Notes under the pieces: generated by a model
What the model was told of the DNA's origin: nothing
Databases searched by the model: none
What the model saw: only the letters and a program-made list of their open reading frames with translations
NCBI GenBank assembly: GCA_013151935.1
Contig: JAADHI010000108.1
Span: 1 to 62,031, forward strand
Source of the DNA: Candidatus Manganitrophaceae bacterium
Lineage (GTDB): Bacteria > Nitrospirota > Nitrospiria > SBBL01 > JAADHI01
DNA length: 62,031 bases
Direction: 5' to 3'
Shown here: positions 18,885 to 27,805 of the stretch, one piece after another
Layout of the letters: the number at the start of each line of letters is the position of its first letter
Numbering within the stretch: position 1 is the stretch's first letter
Position numbers and translations under genes: made by a program

Positions 18885-18897
18885 GAAAACAGTTTTC
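18885..18897. promoter_or_regulatory. 13-bp palindrome GAAAAC-A-GTTTTC, a possible enhancer-binding-protein site
   Basis: Perfect 6-bp arms, located about 75-85 nt upstream of the -24 element at 18812. Confidence 0.3.
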
Positions 18898-19061
18898 GGA
18901 ATTCGTAACACGGAAGGACAAGGGAAGGCCGAGGGAATAAGGATTTATATTTTAAATTTGAAAAAAATGATAGGCTTGCGTCTCTATCAAAAATATAAGA
19001 CTGGAGCGATTAAAATACAGGCTCAAAAGTGGGCAAAAAATACCGACATGAAAGGACGATA

Positions 19062-19580
19062 ATGAAGAACATGAGAATGCAAACGATTTTAACTTTTACA
19101 AGCTTATTACTACTGTCTTTGACGAGCATTTCATTTGCGGATGAGCTGACGGCTAAAAAAAAAGCACTTATTGATGAGATCCTAAGCATCACGCGTGCAT
19201 CAAAAATGGGGGATGTTTTTTCTAGTTTTTTTGTGCAACGGATGTCGGTTGCACTGAAACAATCTAAACCTGATATTGATGCAAGGGCCTTCGAAATTCT
19301 TCAAGAAGAAGTGGATGCAGTCATTAAAAAAGGACTTGTAGATGAAAAAGCCTTAAATAAAATGAGTTACCCCATTTACCAAAAACATCTGGATTCAAGC
19401 GACTTATCTGAACTCATCCGCTTCTACAAAACCCCCGTCGGAAAAAAATTTCTTTTCGTCATGCCGATGATCACACAAGAGGTCATGCAAGCCGGTCAGA
19501 TTTGGGGACAACCCTTAGGCCCCATTATTCAAAAACGTGTGATCGAGCGTTTTGAAAAAGAAAAAATCGTGTATAAATAA
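19062..19580 (+). CDS. DUF2059 domain-containing periplasmic protein
   Basis: ATG at 19062 behind AAGGA, a signal peptide, and LIRFYKTPVGKKFL....QEVMQAG typical of DUF2059. Confidence 0.7.
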   Translation: MKNMRMQTILTFTSLLLLSLTSISFADELTAKKKALIDEILSITRASKMGDVFSSFFVQRMSVALKQSKPDIDARAFEILQEEVDAVIKKGLVDEKALNKMSYPIYQKHLDSSDLSELIRFYKTPVGKKFLFVMPMITQEVMQAGQIWGQPLGPIIQKRVIERFEKEKIVYK

Positions 19581-19620
19581 AAAAAAGCCGCTCGTCAGGA
19601 ATATCCCAAGGAGCGGCTTA
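19579..19620. terminator. Bidirectional terminator hairpin between convergent genes
   Basis: AAGCCGCTC..17 nt..GAGCGGCTT, flanked by an A-run on one side (a U-tail for the minus-strand PEP-CTERM gene). Confidence 0.6.
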
Positions 19621-19643
19621 AGAATTTTAAGGATGTTTAGATC

Positions 19644-20231
19644 TTAGCTTTTTGCAGCAATACTTTTTTTACGTCCCCAGAAGGCAAGGCCAACCAAACC
19701 ACTTCCCATCAGTACGATCGTTCCTGGCTCTGGAACAGGTGCACCCGTGGGAGGGACAACAATACCAATGGTCTGGATACCACCACTTAAGGTCCAATGC
19801 GTAAGGCACCAACCACTACCACAACCTAAGGCTGTTAGAGTATGCGCTCCAGGCGACACAGCCGAACTCGGAATTGTGACAGTCAACCAGTCGTTTACAT
19901 TTGGTCTCGTCGCAGTCAAGACCCCCGTCCCAGCATCAAAAGTGGAGTACGTTGGATTGGTTAAAGCACCATCCAATCCGCTCATGCTGCCTGTATTATT
20001 TGTGACTGTCGTGAAGTTGTACGAGACCCCATCAAAGATCAAGGCGCCGTTTGAACTAATTGGGACACCCGGCACGGTGGGATTTTGTGCGCCATGCCAT
20101 TGCAGTGCGTCAAAGCTGAGACTACCATCGCCATTAAATGACCAGCCGATACCCACAATATGCGCTTTCGCAGGCACTGCTGAAAAAACAACAGCAAGCA
20201 ACATTACCGCAAGTAGTGTAATTTTTTTCAT
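19644..20231 (-). CDS. PEP-CTERM sorting-domain protein
   Basis: Signal peptide and a C-terminal VPEPGTIVLMGSGLVGLAFWGRKK (PEP motif, TM helix, basic tail). Confidence 0.85.
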   Translation of the reverse strand: MKKITLLAVMLLAVVFSAVPAKAHIVGIGWSFNGDGSLSFDALQWHGAQNPTVPGVPISSNGALIFDGVSYNFTTVTNNTGSMSGLDGALTNPTYSTFDAGTGVLTATRPNVNDWLTVTIPSSAVSPGAHTLTALGCGSGWCLTHWTLSGGIQTIGIVVPPTGAPVPEPGTIVLMGSGLVGLAFWGRKKSIAAKS

Positions 20232-20622
20232 ATTTGAGAACTCCTTTTCCTGTCTTCGTTAAATTAAGACCAAATACCATCTCTAACTTATCGATCCTTG
20301 TCGAATACAAGATATATGCCATAAACTTAGACAGTCACATTTGGATAAAGAATTCACCCACATACCCTTGATTATAATAGATTATTTCATAATGTGAATA
20401 ATCTGACTTTTTCAAAACACGTCCAAGAAGACGAATGAAAACCTAGAAACTGTAAAAAATTCCGTCTTTCGAAAAAAAAGAATTTCGATCTTTTTTTAAA
20501 AAAAACGATTAAAAACAATAATTTAAAAAATACAATTTATCCCCCCCCTCACTTAAGGGCTGTCAAGTTTTTCGTCACTTCATCCTCCAAGACAGTCAGA
20601 AATTAAGGTCACCCACTGAAAC

Positions 20623-20650
20623 TTGACAGATTAAAAGACCCATGTATACC
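20623..20650 (+). promoter_or_regulatory. Candidate sigma70 promoter for the TPR lipoprotein gene
   Basis: TTGACA-16 nt-TATACC, about 70 nt upstream of the start at 20718. Confidence 0.35.
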
Positions 20651-20717
20651 TTACTGTTAAGAGGGAACGCGGCTTAAGGCCTTGCCAACAAATACCTTTT
20701 CTTAACCTAGGGGAATA

Positions 20718-22994
20718 ATGATGTATTTTGTAAATAGAATCGGCATATTTGCCCTTCTTACACTTCTCGCTGCATGCACATCTCCAGAGGCCAAAAAAGC
20801 AGAATACCTTGAACGGGCTGAGCTTTATTTTGAGAATCAACAGTACGGGGAAGCTATTATTGAGTACAAAAATGCAATCCAAATTGACCCAGAAAATGCG
20901 AGCTATAAATACAAGCTTGCGCTGGTTTATTTAAAAAGAGGAGAGGTTTCTGAGCTTAAAAAAGCCTTTCAACTTTTGGATGAAAGCATTCGCTTAGATG
21001 CAAACAATGTCGATGCACATCTCAAAGCCGGGATGCTCTACCTGATATCAAATGCATTCAAAGAAGCCCGTAAGAAGGGCATGCACGTTATTGAAAAAGA
21101 ACCCGACAACTTAGAAGGTTATCTCTTGCTGGGCAATGCATACGCAGGAGAAGAGGAATTTCCTCAAGCCATCAGAATAATGAAACAGGCCATCGATCTT
21201 AAGCCAAAGCAGATCAACCTACACCTTAATTTAGCGCTTTTTTATCAATTAAATAAGGATATGGCATCTGCAGAAGCGTCTTATAAACATGCATTGGAGA
21301 TTGACGAAAATTCGATAGATGCCCATCTGGCCCTGGCTAATTTCTATCAAAGCACCCATGACGACCAACAAGCCAAAAAGCTCTTATCTAAATCAATTGA
21401 AATGGACCCCGAAAACATAGAAATTCGGCTTAATCTCGCATCGTTTTATGCGGAAAAAGATCAAAAAGAAGACGCAGAAAAAATCTTGCGCGCTGCCACA
21501 GAAATGGGGCCAAAAAACAGCAGTGCTTGGATCGCCCTCGGGGATCTTTATTTATCTTCTGATAAAGAAGATTTAGCCATCGAGCAATACAAACACGCGC
21601 TCAAAATTGACGAAGATGCAATCATTGCAAAGAAAAAACTGATTATTTTATTTTTTAAAACAAACAAGTTAGAGGAAATTGATCGCTATCTCACTCAAAT
21701 TCTAAAAAAACACCCAAGAGATGCAGAAACGATGGCACTGAGAGGTAGATGGTTCTCCACACAAAACAGGATAGACGAGGCCGTTGATATTTTAAGAAAA
21801 GCGGTCACGACTGAACCGGGGATGGCAATCGGCCACTATTACCTCGGCGTTGCCTACCTTGCACAAGGTAATGATCAAAAGGCAAAAGTAGCGCTCTCGG
21901 AAGCCATCAGAATCGCGCCAAAACTTGTAGAAGCCAGAACAGCACTTGCCGGAATGAATCTAGCCGAAGGAGACACGATGCTCGCGGCCAAGGAAACAGC
22001 GACAGCCCTGACGCTCAATCCAGACGATGAACACGCACAACTCATCAATGGAGACATTGCCTTTGAAGAAGGAGATTTTGACAAAGCCCTTAAAATCTAC
22101 AAAAAAGTGCTAGCACTCAGACCCAATTTTTCAGATGTACAAATGCGTTTAGGCGAAGTCTATCGCAAAAAAGAAATGATCGACCTATCCATTCAGGCCT
22201 ATGAAAAAGTGCTCTTGATTCACCCTGAGCAAAACACCGCATTGGCAAAAATAGTCTCCCTCCTTTTAAAACAGGGGAAGGTCAAAAAAGCATTATCACG
22301 AACTAAAACACAACTCACCCGGAGCCTAAACCCTGCGCCGATTCATCAAATGATTGCACAAATTCACACCGAGAGAAAAGATTTTTCAAAGGCCGAAACG
22401 CGTTATATCAAAGCCCTTGAAATCGATCCGACCCTGCTTTCTGCGCGCATGGAACTTGGGAATTTATACGCCCGGCAAGAACGTTACGAGGAAGCCATTA
22501 CAGCTCTCGAAGAAGTCAAAACGGCCTCACCAAAAAGAGGAGAAACCTACATTCTTCTTGGACTCATCTATCAAGAACGTTCTGAATATGAGAAGGCAAA
22601 AAAAGAATATGAAGCCGTGCTTAAAATCGATCCCGCTTATGTCCCGGCAGCAAATAACTTGGCCTGGCTCTACGCAGAACACGGCGGGAATATTGATATG
22701 GCACTCTCTTTGGCACAAAAAGCCAGGGAAAAAGCACCTCACGATCCAGGTATCGCAGATACACTGGGGTGGATTTATTACAAAAAAAATACCTTTTTAA
22801 AAGCCATCGGCCTGCTAGAAGAAAGTGTAGAAAAACTCCCTGACGAGCCAGGAATACACTATCGACTGGGCATGGCTTATTTTAAAGCTGAAAAAAAAGA
22901 GCTGGCCAAAAAGGAACTTTCGAAGGCTTTAAAGTTGTCAAAAAACTTCAAAGGGGCTGAAGAGGCGAGATCTGTATTGAGGGATTTGCAGTAA
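20718..22994 (+). CDS. TPR-repeat lipoprotein (PrsT-like, PEP-CTERM-system-associated type)
   Basis: Lipobox LLAAC and about 20 tandem TPR units over 758 aa. The N terminus EYLERAELYFENQQYGEAIIEYKNAIQIDPEN resembles PrsT-family proteins. Confidence 0.8.
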   Translation: MMYFVNRIGIFALLTLLAACTSPEAKKAEYLERAELYFENQQYGEAIIEYKNAIQIDPENASYKYKLALVYLKRGEVSELKKAFQLLDESIRLDANNVDAHLKAGMLYLISNAFKEARKKGMHVIEKEPDNLEGYLLLGNAYAGEEEFPQAIRIMKQAIDLKPKQINLHLNLALFYQLNKDMASAEASYKHALEIDENSIDAHLALANFYQSTHDDQQAKKLLSKSIEMDPENIEIRLNLASFYAEKDQKEDAEKILRAATEMGPKNSSAWIALGDLYLSSDKEDLAIEQYKHALKIDEDAIIAKKKLIILFFKTNKLEEIDRYLTQILKKHPRDAETMALRGRWFSTQNRIDEAVDILRKAVTTEPGMAIGHYYLGVAYLAQGNDQKAKVALSEAIRIAPKLVEARTALAGMNLAEGDTMLAAKETATALTLNPDDEHAQLINGDIAFEEGDFDKALKIYKKVLALRPNFSDVQMRLGEVYRKKEMIDLSIQAYEKVLLIHPEQNTALAKIVSLLLKQGKVKKALSRTKTQLTRSLNPAPIHQMIAQIHTERKDFSKAETRYIKALEIDPTLLSARMELGNLYARQERYEEAITALEEVKTASPKRGETYILLGLIYQERSEYEKAKKEYEAVLKIDPAYVPAANNLAWLYAEHGGNIDMALSLAQKAREKAPHDPGIADTLGWIYYKKNTFLKAIGLLEESVEKLPDEPGIHYRLGMAYFKAEKKELAKKELSKALKLSKNFKGAEEARSVLRDLQ

Positions 22995-23008
22995 CACAAA
23001 AGTAGCTT

Positions 23009-23042
23009 AAGGAAGCTCTTATTAAGCAGGGCTTCCTTTTAA
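23009..23042 (+). terminator. Rho-independent terminator after the TPR gene
   Basis: AAGGAAGC..14 nt..GCTTCCTT followed by TT(TT). Confidence 0.5.
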
Positions 23043-23055
23043 ATGTCGACACGCC

Positions 23056-23967
23056 CTAAGAAACAATCAGGCTTGTTGATCGTTCGATCAAACGACAATA
23101 ACCACACTGCTCGCTCTGACAGGGCTGGCCACAAGTCAAGCAGGCATCCGCGTCTGTCACCGGAGGCGGACTTGGAAATGACTTTTCTTTTTGCTTTAAA
23201 AACCCCAAATAAAATTGATGTTTTGCACCAGGAGAAGCCTCTTCAAGTCGATTTAAGGTCTCCTTGTAGGTAAAGGCTTTTGCGCCATTCGACATAGGGC
23301 ACTCTTCGACAATATAGTCTATGCGATTTAAAATCGCGTAGGCTGCCATCTCTCGCTCTGGTAATCGGTAAAGCGGCTTCACCTTTTTTGCCCACTTGCC
23401 ATTATCGTCGGAAAGCACAGGAGACTGTTTTTCAAGATAAGGCACCTGCCATTTTAAAAGATTACCCAAAAGCCTGGCGGCTTCGTCATCCAAATTATGA
23501 CCCGTCGCAACAACGGGAAAACCTTCTTCAATCGCGATACGATTAAAATGATGGCGCTTCATCGTGCCACAAGCCGAACAGGCCGGACGTGCTGAGGCTT
23601 TGGCAATTTCTACAACACCCAGGCCGTAGGATTCCTGATAGCCATGCGTAATCAACCTTAGATTCCGTGTCTGGGCAAATTTTTCGACCATCTGCTGCGA
23701 AGTCGCCGAATAGGCACCAATGCCTAAGTTTAAATGCAATCCCACCGTTTCATAACCCAGTTTGATTAAAATATCCCAAAGTGCAAGACTGTCTTTTCCC
23801 CCCGAAACGGCAACCAAAATGGGCGCTTCTTTCAAAAACATTTTTCCGTCTGAAATGGCTTTTTGAACCTGTTTTAAGAGATAGTCTTGAAAACAGACAT
23901 CACAAAAAGCCGTATTATGACGGGGCATTTTGAGTACCGCAGGTTTTTTGCATTTACGGCACTTCAT
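23056..23967 (-). CDS. ttuA: tRNA 2-thiolation PP-loop ATPase, TtuA/NcsA family
   Basis: N- and C-terminal CxxC..CxxC zinc fingers, the SGGKDS PP-loop and a central CSACG cluster. Confidence 0.8.
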   Translation of the reverse strand: MKCRKCKKPAVLKMPRHNTAFCDVCFQDYLLKQVQKAISDGKMFLKEAPILVAVSGGKDSLALWDILIKLGYETVGLHLNLGIGAYSATSQQMVEKFAQTRNLRLITHGYQESYGLGVVEIAKASARPACSACGTMKRHHFNRIAIEEGFPVVATGHNLDDEAARLLGNLLKWQVPYLEKQSPVLSDDNGKWAKKVKPLYRLPEREMAAYAILNRIDYIVEECPMSNGAKAFTYKETLNRLEEASPGAKHQFYLGFLKQKEKSFPSPPPVTDADACLTCGQPCQSEQCGYCRLIERSTSLIVS

Positions 23968-24164
23968 GCACGCCCCCCAGAAATAACCGGACGAATTTCG
24001 ATCACGGCATCATCTGCAATCATGGTGTCCTCTGTCACCAATACATCCTCACAAATCACCAGATGAGCCTCTCTCGGAAGACCCAACTTTAGCAAAATGG
24101 AAGAAACGGGCTTAGGCCCTTTAAAGGAAATTTCTCGTGTGGGGTGATAAAGCTTTATCTGCAT
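23964..24164 (-). CDS. ThiS/MoaD-type ubiquitin-like sulfur carrier (TtuB-like) ending ..SGGRA
   Basis: 66 aa with a beta-grasp-like sequence. The di-Gly is followed by two extra residues, and ATGA overlaps the ttuA start. Confidence 0.7.
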   Translation of the reverse strand: MQIKLYHPTREISFKGPKPVSSILLKLGLPREAHLVICEDVLVTEDTMIADDAVIEIRPVISGGRA

Positions 24165-24275
24165 GGGGTCGTATTCTAATCAAATGACAGTAGATTTGCA
24201 ATTTTAAGACAAAAAATAAAAGTGACAAAATTGTCTTGTTTTGGAATAAATTGTCGTAAAAATGCAGATCACGCA

Positions 24276-24298
24276 ATTGAAAATCAAAAGATTTCAAT
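24276..24298. promoter_or_regulatory. Imperfect inverted repeat ATTGAAAATC-AAAA-GATTTCAAT, a possible UAS for the narK sigma54 promoter
   Basis: 9/10-bp arms, about 60-80 nt upstream of the -24 element. Confidence 0.35.
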
Positions 24299-24354
24299 CA
24301 ACATAATTTACATAAGCAACTCATTTTAAAGGCTTTATTTAATTTATATTTATT

Positions 24355-24370
24355 TGGCATCTTAATTGCT
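24355..24370 (+). promoter_or_regulatory. Candidate sigma54 (-24/-12) promoter of narK
   Basis: TGGCAT-CTTAA-TTGCT with correct GG-N10-GC spacing, 75 nt upstream of the ATG at 24445. Confidence 0.6.
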
Positions 24371-24444
24371 TTGTTTTTAAAATCGTTATTTTAAGCAGAC
24401 TTGAATCATAAGCCCCTAAGGCCATACGAAAGCGGAATTTCTTT

Positions 24445-25914
24445 ATGCTCGAAGCAAAACTAAACCTGATTTCATTGAAAGGGAAAATGAAAATCCTGCA
24501 CATGAGTTGGATTGCATTTTTCCTCAGTTTTTATGTCTGGTTCAACCATGCACCACTTTTGGCCTCCATTCGAGAGTCGATGGGTTTGAGCGATCAAGAA
24601 GTCAAAGTTATTTTGATTTTGAATGTCGCACTCACCATCCCTGCTCGTGTCATCATCGGCATGTTGGTCGATAAATACGGCCCGCGTCGTATGTATTCGG
24701 CACTGCTCTTTATATCCAGTTTTCTCTGTTTTTCTTTTGCAATGGCAGATACCTTTGAACAACTGGCCATCACACGTTTTTTATTGGGTTTTGCGGGAGC
24801 AGGTTTTGTCATCGGTATCCGAATGGTGAGCGAATGGTTCCCTGCAAAAGAAGTGGGTTTGGCTGAAGGTATTTATGGCGGATGGGGCAATTTTGGTTCT
24901 GCCACCGCATCCATGACCTTGCCTCTTATTGTGCTCTTTTTTGGGGGTGAGAATGCCTGGCGTTACGCCGTCGGCATGACAGGGATTTTATCGCTTGTCT
25001 TTTCAGTCATCTATTTTTTCTCGGTCACTGACACCCCTAAAGGCTCCACTTATTTCAAACCGAAAAAAAACGGCGCGATGGAAATTACAAGTCCAGGAGA
25101 TTTTTTCCTTTACCTGCTTGTCAATATTCCCATGTGCGCGGCCTTAGCAGTGCTTGCCTGGAAACTCGGGCCAGCAAACCTCGGACTCTTAAGCGCAACA
25201 GCAACCACGATCATCTACCTGATTTTAACCGGGATTTATGCCTTTCAATCCTTACGGATTTATCAAATCAATAAACATGTTTTTTCTGAATCGGTACCCA
25301 AAATCGAACAATATAAGTTTAAACAAGTTGCCATCATCAACCTGAGTTACCTCGTCACCTTTGGATCCGAACTCGCCGTGGTCTCCATGCTTCCCCTCTT
25401 TTTTCTAGATACATTTGGTGTTTCCCTAACGACGGCAGGCTTGCTGGCTGGAAGTTTTTCCTTCACCAATCTGTTCGCGCGCCCCATGGGCGGTTATTTA
25501 AGTGATCGAATTGGAAGAAAACGCTCATTGGTTCTACTTTTAGCTGGACTTTCCGTCGGATATTTTTTGATGGGGAGAATCAATGCAAGCTGGCCACTCG
25601 GCTTGGCCGTACTGCTTACCTTTTCTTGTGCAACGCTGGTCACCTCTGGAAACGGTGCTGTTTTTGCCATGGTTCCACTCATCAAACGTCGTTTGACCGG
25701 ACAAGTCGCAGGCATGGCGGGGGCTTATGGCAATGTCGGAGCCGTTTCTTTTCTCACCGTGCTCTCCTTTGTTTCTCCTCAAACCTTTTTCGTGGTCATC
25801 GCCGCTGCCGCCGTTTTAACCCTCCTCATCGTTCTCTTCTTTTTTGAAGAACCTGCGGGTCACATGGCGGAAGTTCTCCCGGATGGCACAGTGCAGATGA
25901 TCGAAGTTTCCTAA
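24445..25914 (+). CDS. narK: MFS nitrate/nitrite transporter (NNP family, NarK/NasA-like)
   Basis: 12-TM MFS protein with NNP signature-like GGWGNFGSA and FARPMGGYLSDRIGRK. Confidence 0.85.
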   Translation: MLEAKLNLISLKGKMKILHMSWIAFFLSFYVWFNHAPLLASIRESMGLSDQEVKVILILNVALTIPARVIIGMLVDKYGPRRMYSALLFISSFLCFSFAMADTFEQLAITRFLLGFAGAGFVIGIRMVSEWFPAKEVGLAEGIYGGWGNFGSATASMTLPLIVLFFGGENAWRYAVGMTGILSLVFSVIYFFSVTDTPKGSTYFKPKKNGAMEITSPGDFFLYLLVNIPMCAALAVLAWKLGPANLGLLSATATTIIYLILTGIYAFQSLRIYQINKHVFSESVPKIEQYKFKQVAIINLSYLVTFGSELAVVSMLPLFFLDTFGVSLTTAGLLAGSFSFTNLFARPMGGYLSDRIGRKRSLVLLLAGLSVGYFLMGRINASWPLGLAVLLTFSCATLVTSGNGAVFAMVPLIKRRLTGQVAGMAGAYGNVGAVSFLTVLSFVSPQTFFVVIAAAAVLTLLIVLFFFEEPAGHMAEVLPDGTVQMIEVS

Positions 25915-26008
25915 AAAAGAATCTTGGCATAGACACACCACAGACCTTGCAGCGCTGCGGCGATTTGATTATGATCGCCACAGCGTTTTCATTTCGGAGC
26001 GCTCCCTT

Positions 26009-27727
26009 TTGAAAGAAAAAACAATGTCAGGAAAACTCGAAGTCAAAGCGGGACAGCTCAGCATTGCAGGCATCAAACCGGGCAATGATGATTCCTGCGG
26101 TATCGAGATCCCCGAGGATGCACTTCTCCTGACCAAAGGAATCGTTGCCGTCATTGCCGATGGCATGAGTGGCAGTGAAGGCGGGAAAGAAGCCGCTGAA
26201 ACCTGTGTCTTGGGATTTTTATCTGACTATTACAGTACCCCAGAATCCTGGACGGTCAAAAATTCAGGGGCAAAAGTGCTGGGCGCGCTCAACCGCTGGT
26301 TGTGCGGACAAGGCCAGCAACAGCATGGTTCCGCAAAAGGCATGGTCACCACGTTTAGCGCACTGGTCATCAAATCCACCACCGTCCATCTCTTGCATGT
26401 CGGAGATACTCGGATTTACAGATTTCGTGGCAACGATTTGGAATGCCTCACACGCGATCACCGGGTTGTAATCAGCGCAGAGAAACAATATCTCTCTCGT
26501 GCCATGGGCATTGATGTCGATTTACAAATCGACTATAAAAGTTTACCCGTCGAAAAAGGAGATCTTTTTCTACTCGTAACCGATGGGGTTCACGAATATC
26601 TTTCCCAAGAAGAAATAAAGGGTCTGCTCAAAAATATTGAAGATCCTGAAAAAACCGTACGGGAGATCATCAATCAAGCCGCAAAGAATAAAAGCCATGA
26701 CAATCTCACCTGCCAGATTCTGATCGTCGAAAAGCTCCCACTGCATAACAAAGAAGATCTCTACCAAAAACTCACAGAACTGCCTTTTCCACCCCCCTTA
26801 GAAGCCGGTATGGTCTTAGACGGTTATCGTGTCGTTCGGGAACTCCACGCCAGCAAACAGACACAAATTTATTTAGCAGTAGACACGGAAACAAAAGAAG
26901 AAGTCGTACTCAAAACGCCCTCCGTCAATTACGAGGATGATGCCGCTTACATTGAGCGTTTTATGCACGAAGAATGGACCGGAAGACGTCTCAATTCTCC
27001 GCACATTCTAAAAATAAAAGACTTGAGTCGACGGCGGAGTTGTCTTTATTTTGTCACCGAATACGTCAAAGGAGAGACCTTACGCCAGTGGATCTCCGAC
27101 CACCCGCGTCCTTCTGTTATCGACGTCAGAAAAATCGTCAATCAGGTCGTCACAGGACTCATGGCCTTTCATCACAAAGAAGTCATCCACCGCGACTTAA
27201 AACCCGAAAATATCTTGATTGATAAGCACGGCACCGTCAAAATCATTGATTTTGGTTCAAGTAAAATCGCAGGCATTGAGGAAATCAATGTGCCTTGGGA
27301 GCGCAGTCAAATGCTCGGCACCTTAAATTACACCGCCCCAGAATACCTCGCAGGCTCCGCAGGCACAGAACATTCCGACCTTTTTTCTTTGGGGATTATC
27401 ACCTACGAAATGCTTTGCAGGGCAGTCCCCTACAAAGAAGCACTGACCCTCAAAAACCTTAATCGCATACCCTACACCTCCGCGAGAAAATATGATCCAG
27501 AAATTCCGCACTGGCTTGATCTTACCCTACAAAAAGCCGTGCACAAAGACCCTAGACAGCGCTACGCCGCGCTTTCAGAATTTCTGTATGATCTAAGTCA
27601 TCCCAATCCCAATTTCATGGGCAAGGATGTTCTGCCCTTATTAGAACGAGACCCGGCGGTCTTTTGGAAAGGCCTGTGCACACTCTTGACTATTATCAAT
27701 CTCATTCTTTTATACTTAATCTCCTGA
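26009..27727 (+). CDS. Bifunctional PP2C-type phosphatase / Hanks-type Ser/Thr protein kinase with a C-terminal TM anchor
   Basis: N-terminal PPM motifs (DSCG.., ADGMSG, LLVTDGVHE), then kinase motifs (VLKTP, HRDLKPENILI, DFGSS, APE). The tail FWKGLCTLLTIINLILLYLIS is hydrophobic. ATG at 26024 is an alternative start. Confidence 0.85.
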   Translation: MKEKTMSGKLEVKAGQLSIAGIKPGNDDSCGIEIPEDALLLTKGIVAVIADGMSGSEGGKEAAETCVLGFLSDYYSTPESWTVKNSGAKVLGALNRWLCGQGQQQHGSAKGMVTTFSALVIKSTTVHLLHVGDTRIYRFRGNDLECLTRDHRVVISAEKQYLSRAMGIDVDLQIDYKSLPVEKGDLFLLVTDGVHEYLSQEEIKGLLKNIEDPEKTVREIINQAAKNKSHDNLTCQILIVEKLPLHNKEDLYQKLTELPFPPPLEAGMVLDGYRVVRELHASKQTQIYLAVDTETKEEVVLKTPSVNYEDDAAYIERFMHEEWTGRRLNSPHILKIKDLSRRRSCLYFVTEYVKGETLRQWISDHPRPSVIDVRKIVNQVVTGLMAFHHKEVIHRDLKPENILIDKHGTVKIIDFGSSKIAGIEEINVPWERSQMLGTLNYTAPEYLAGSAGTEHSDLFSLGIITYEMLCRAVPYKEALTLKNLNRIPYTSARKYDPEIPHWLDLTLQKAVHKDPRQRYAALSEFLYDLSHPNPNFMGKDVLPLLERDPAVFWKGLCTLLTIINLILLYLIS

Positions 27728-27805
27728 TTCTATCAGGGTGTAGCAACACTGAATTGTCTCTTATTGTGAGACGATCCATTTGAGTAAAATTTGAGGGAGA
27801 TTTAG

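Noticed and set aside
20306-20321. Minus-strand TGGCAT-ATATC-TTGTA upstream of the PEP-CTERM gene.
   Set aside because: The spacing is right, but the nearly invariant -12 GC is GT. It is kept only as a remark inside the PEP-CTERM finding and is not called as a promoter.
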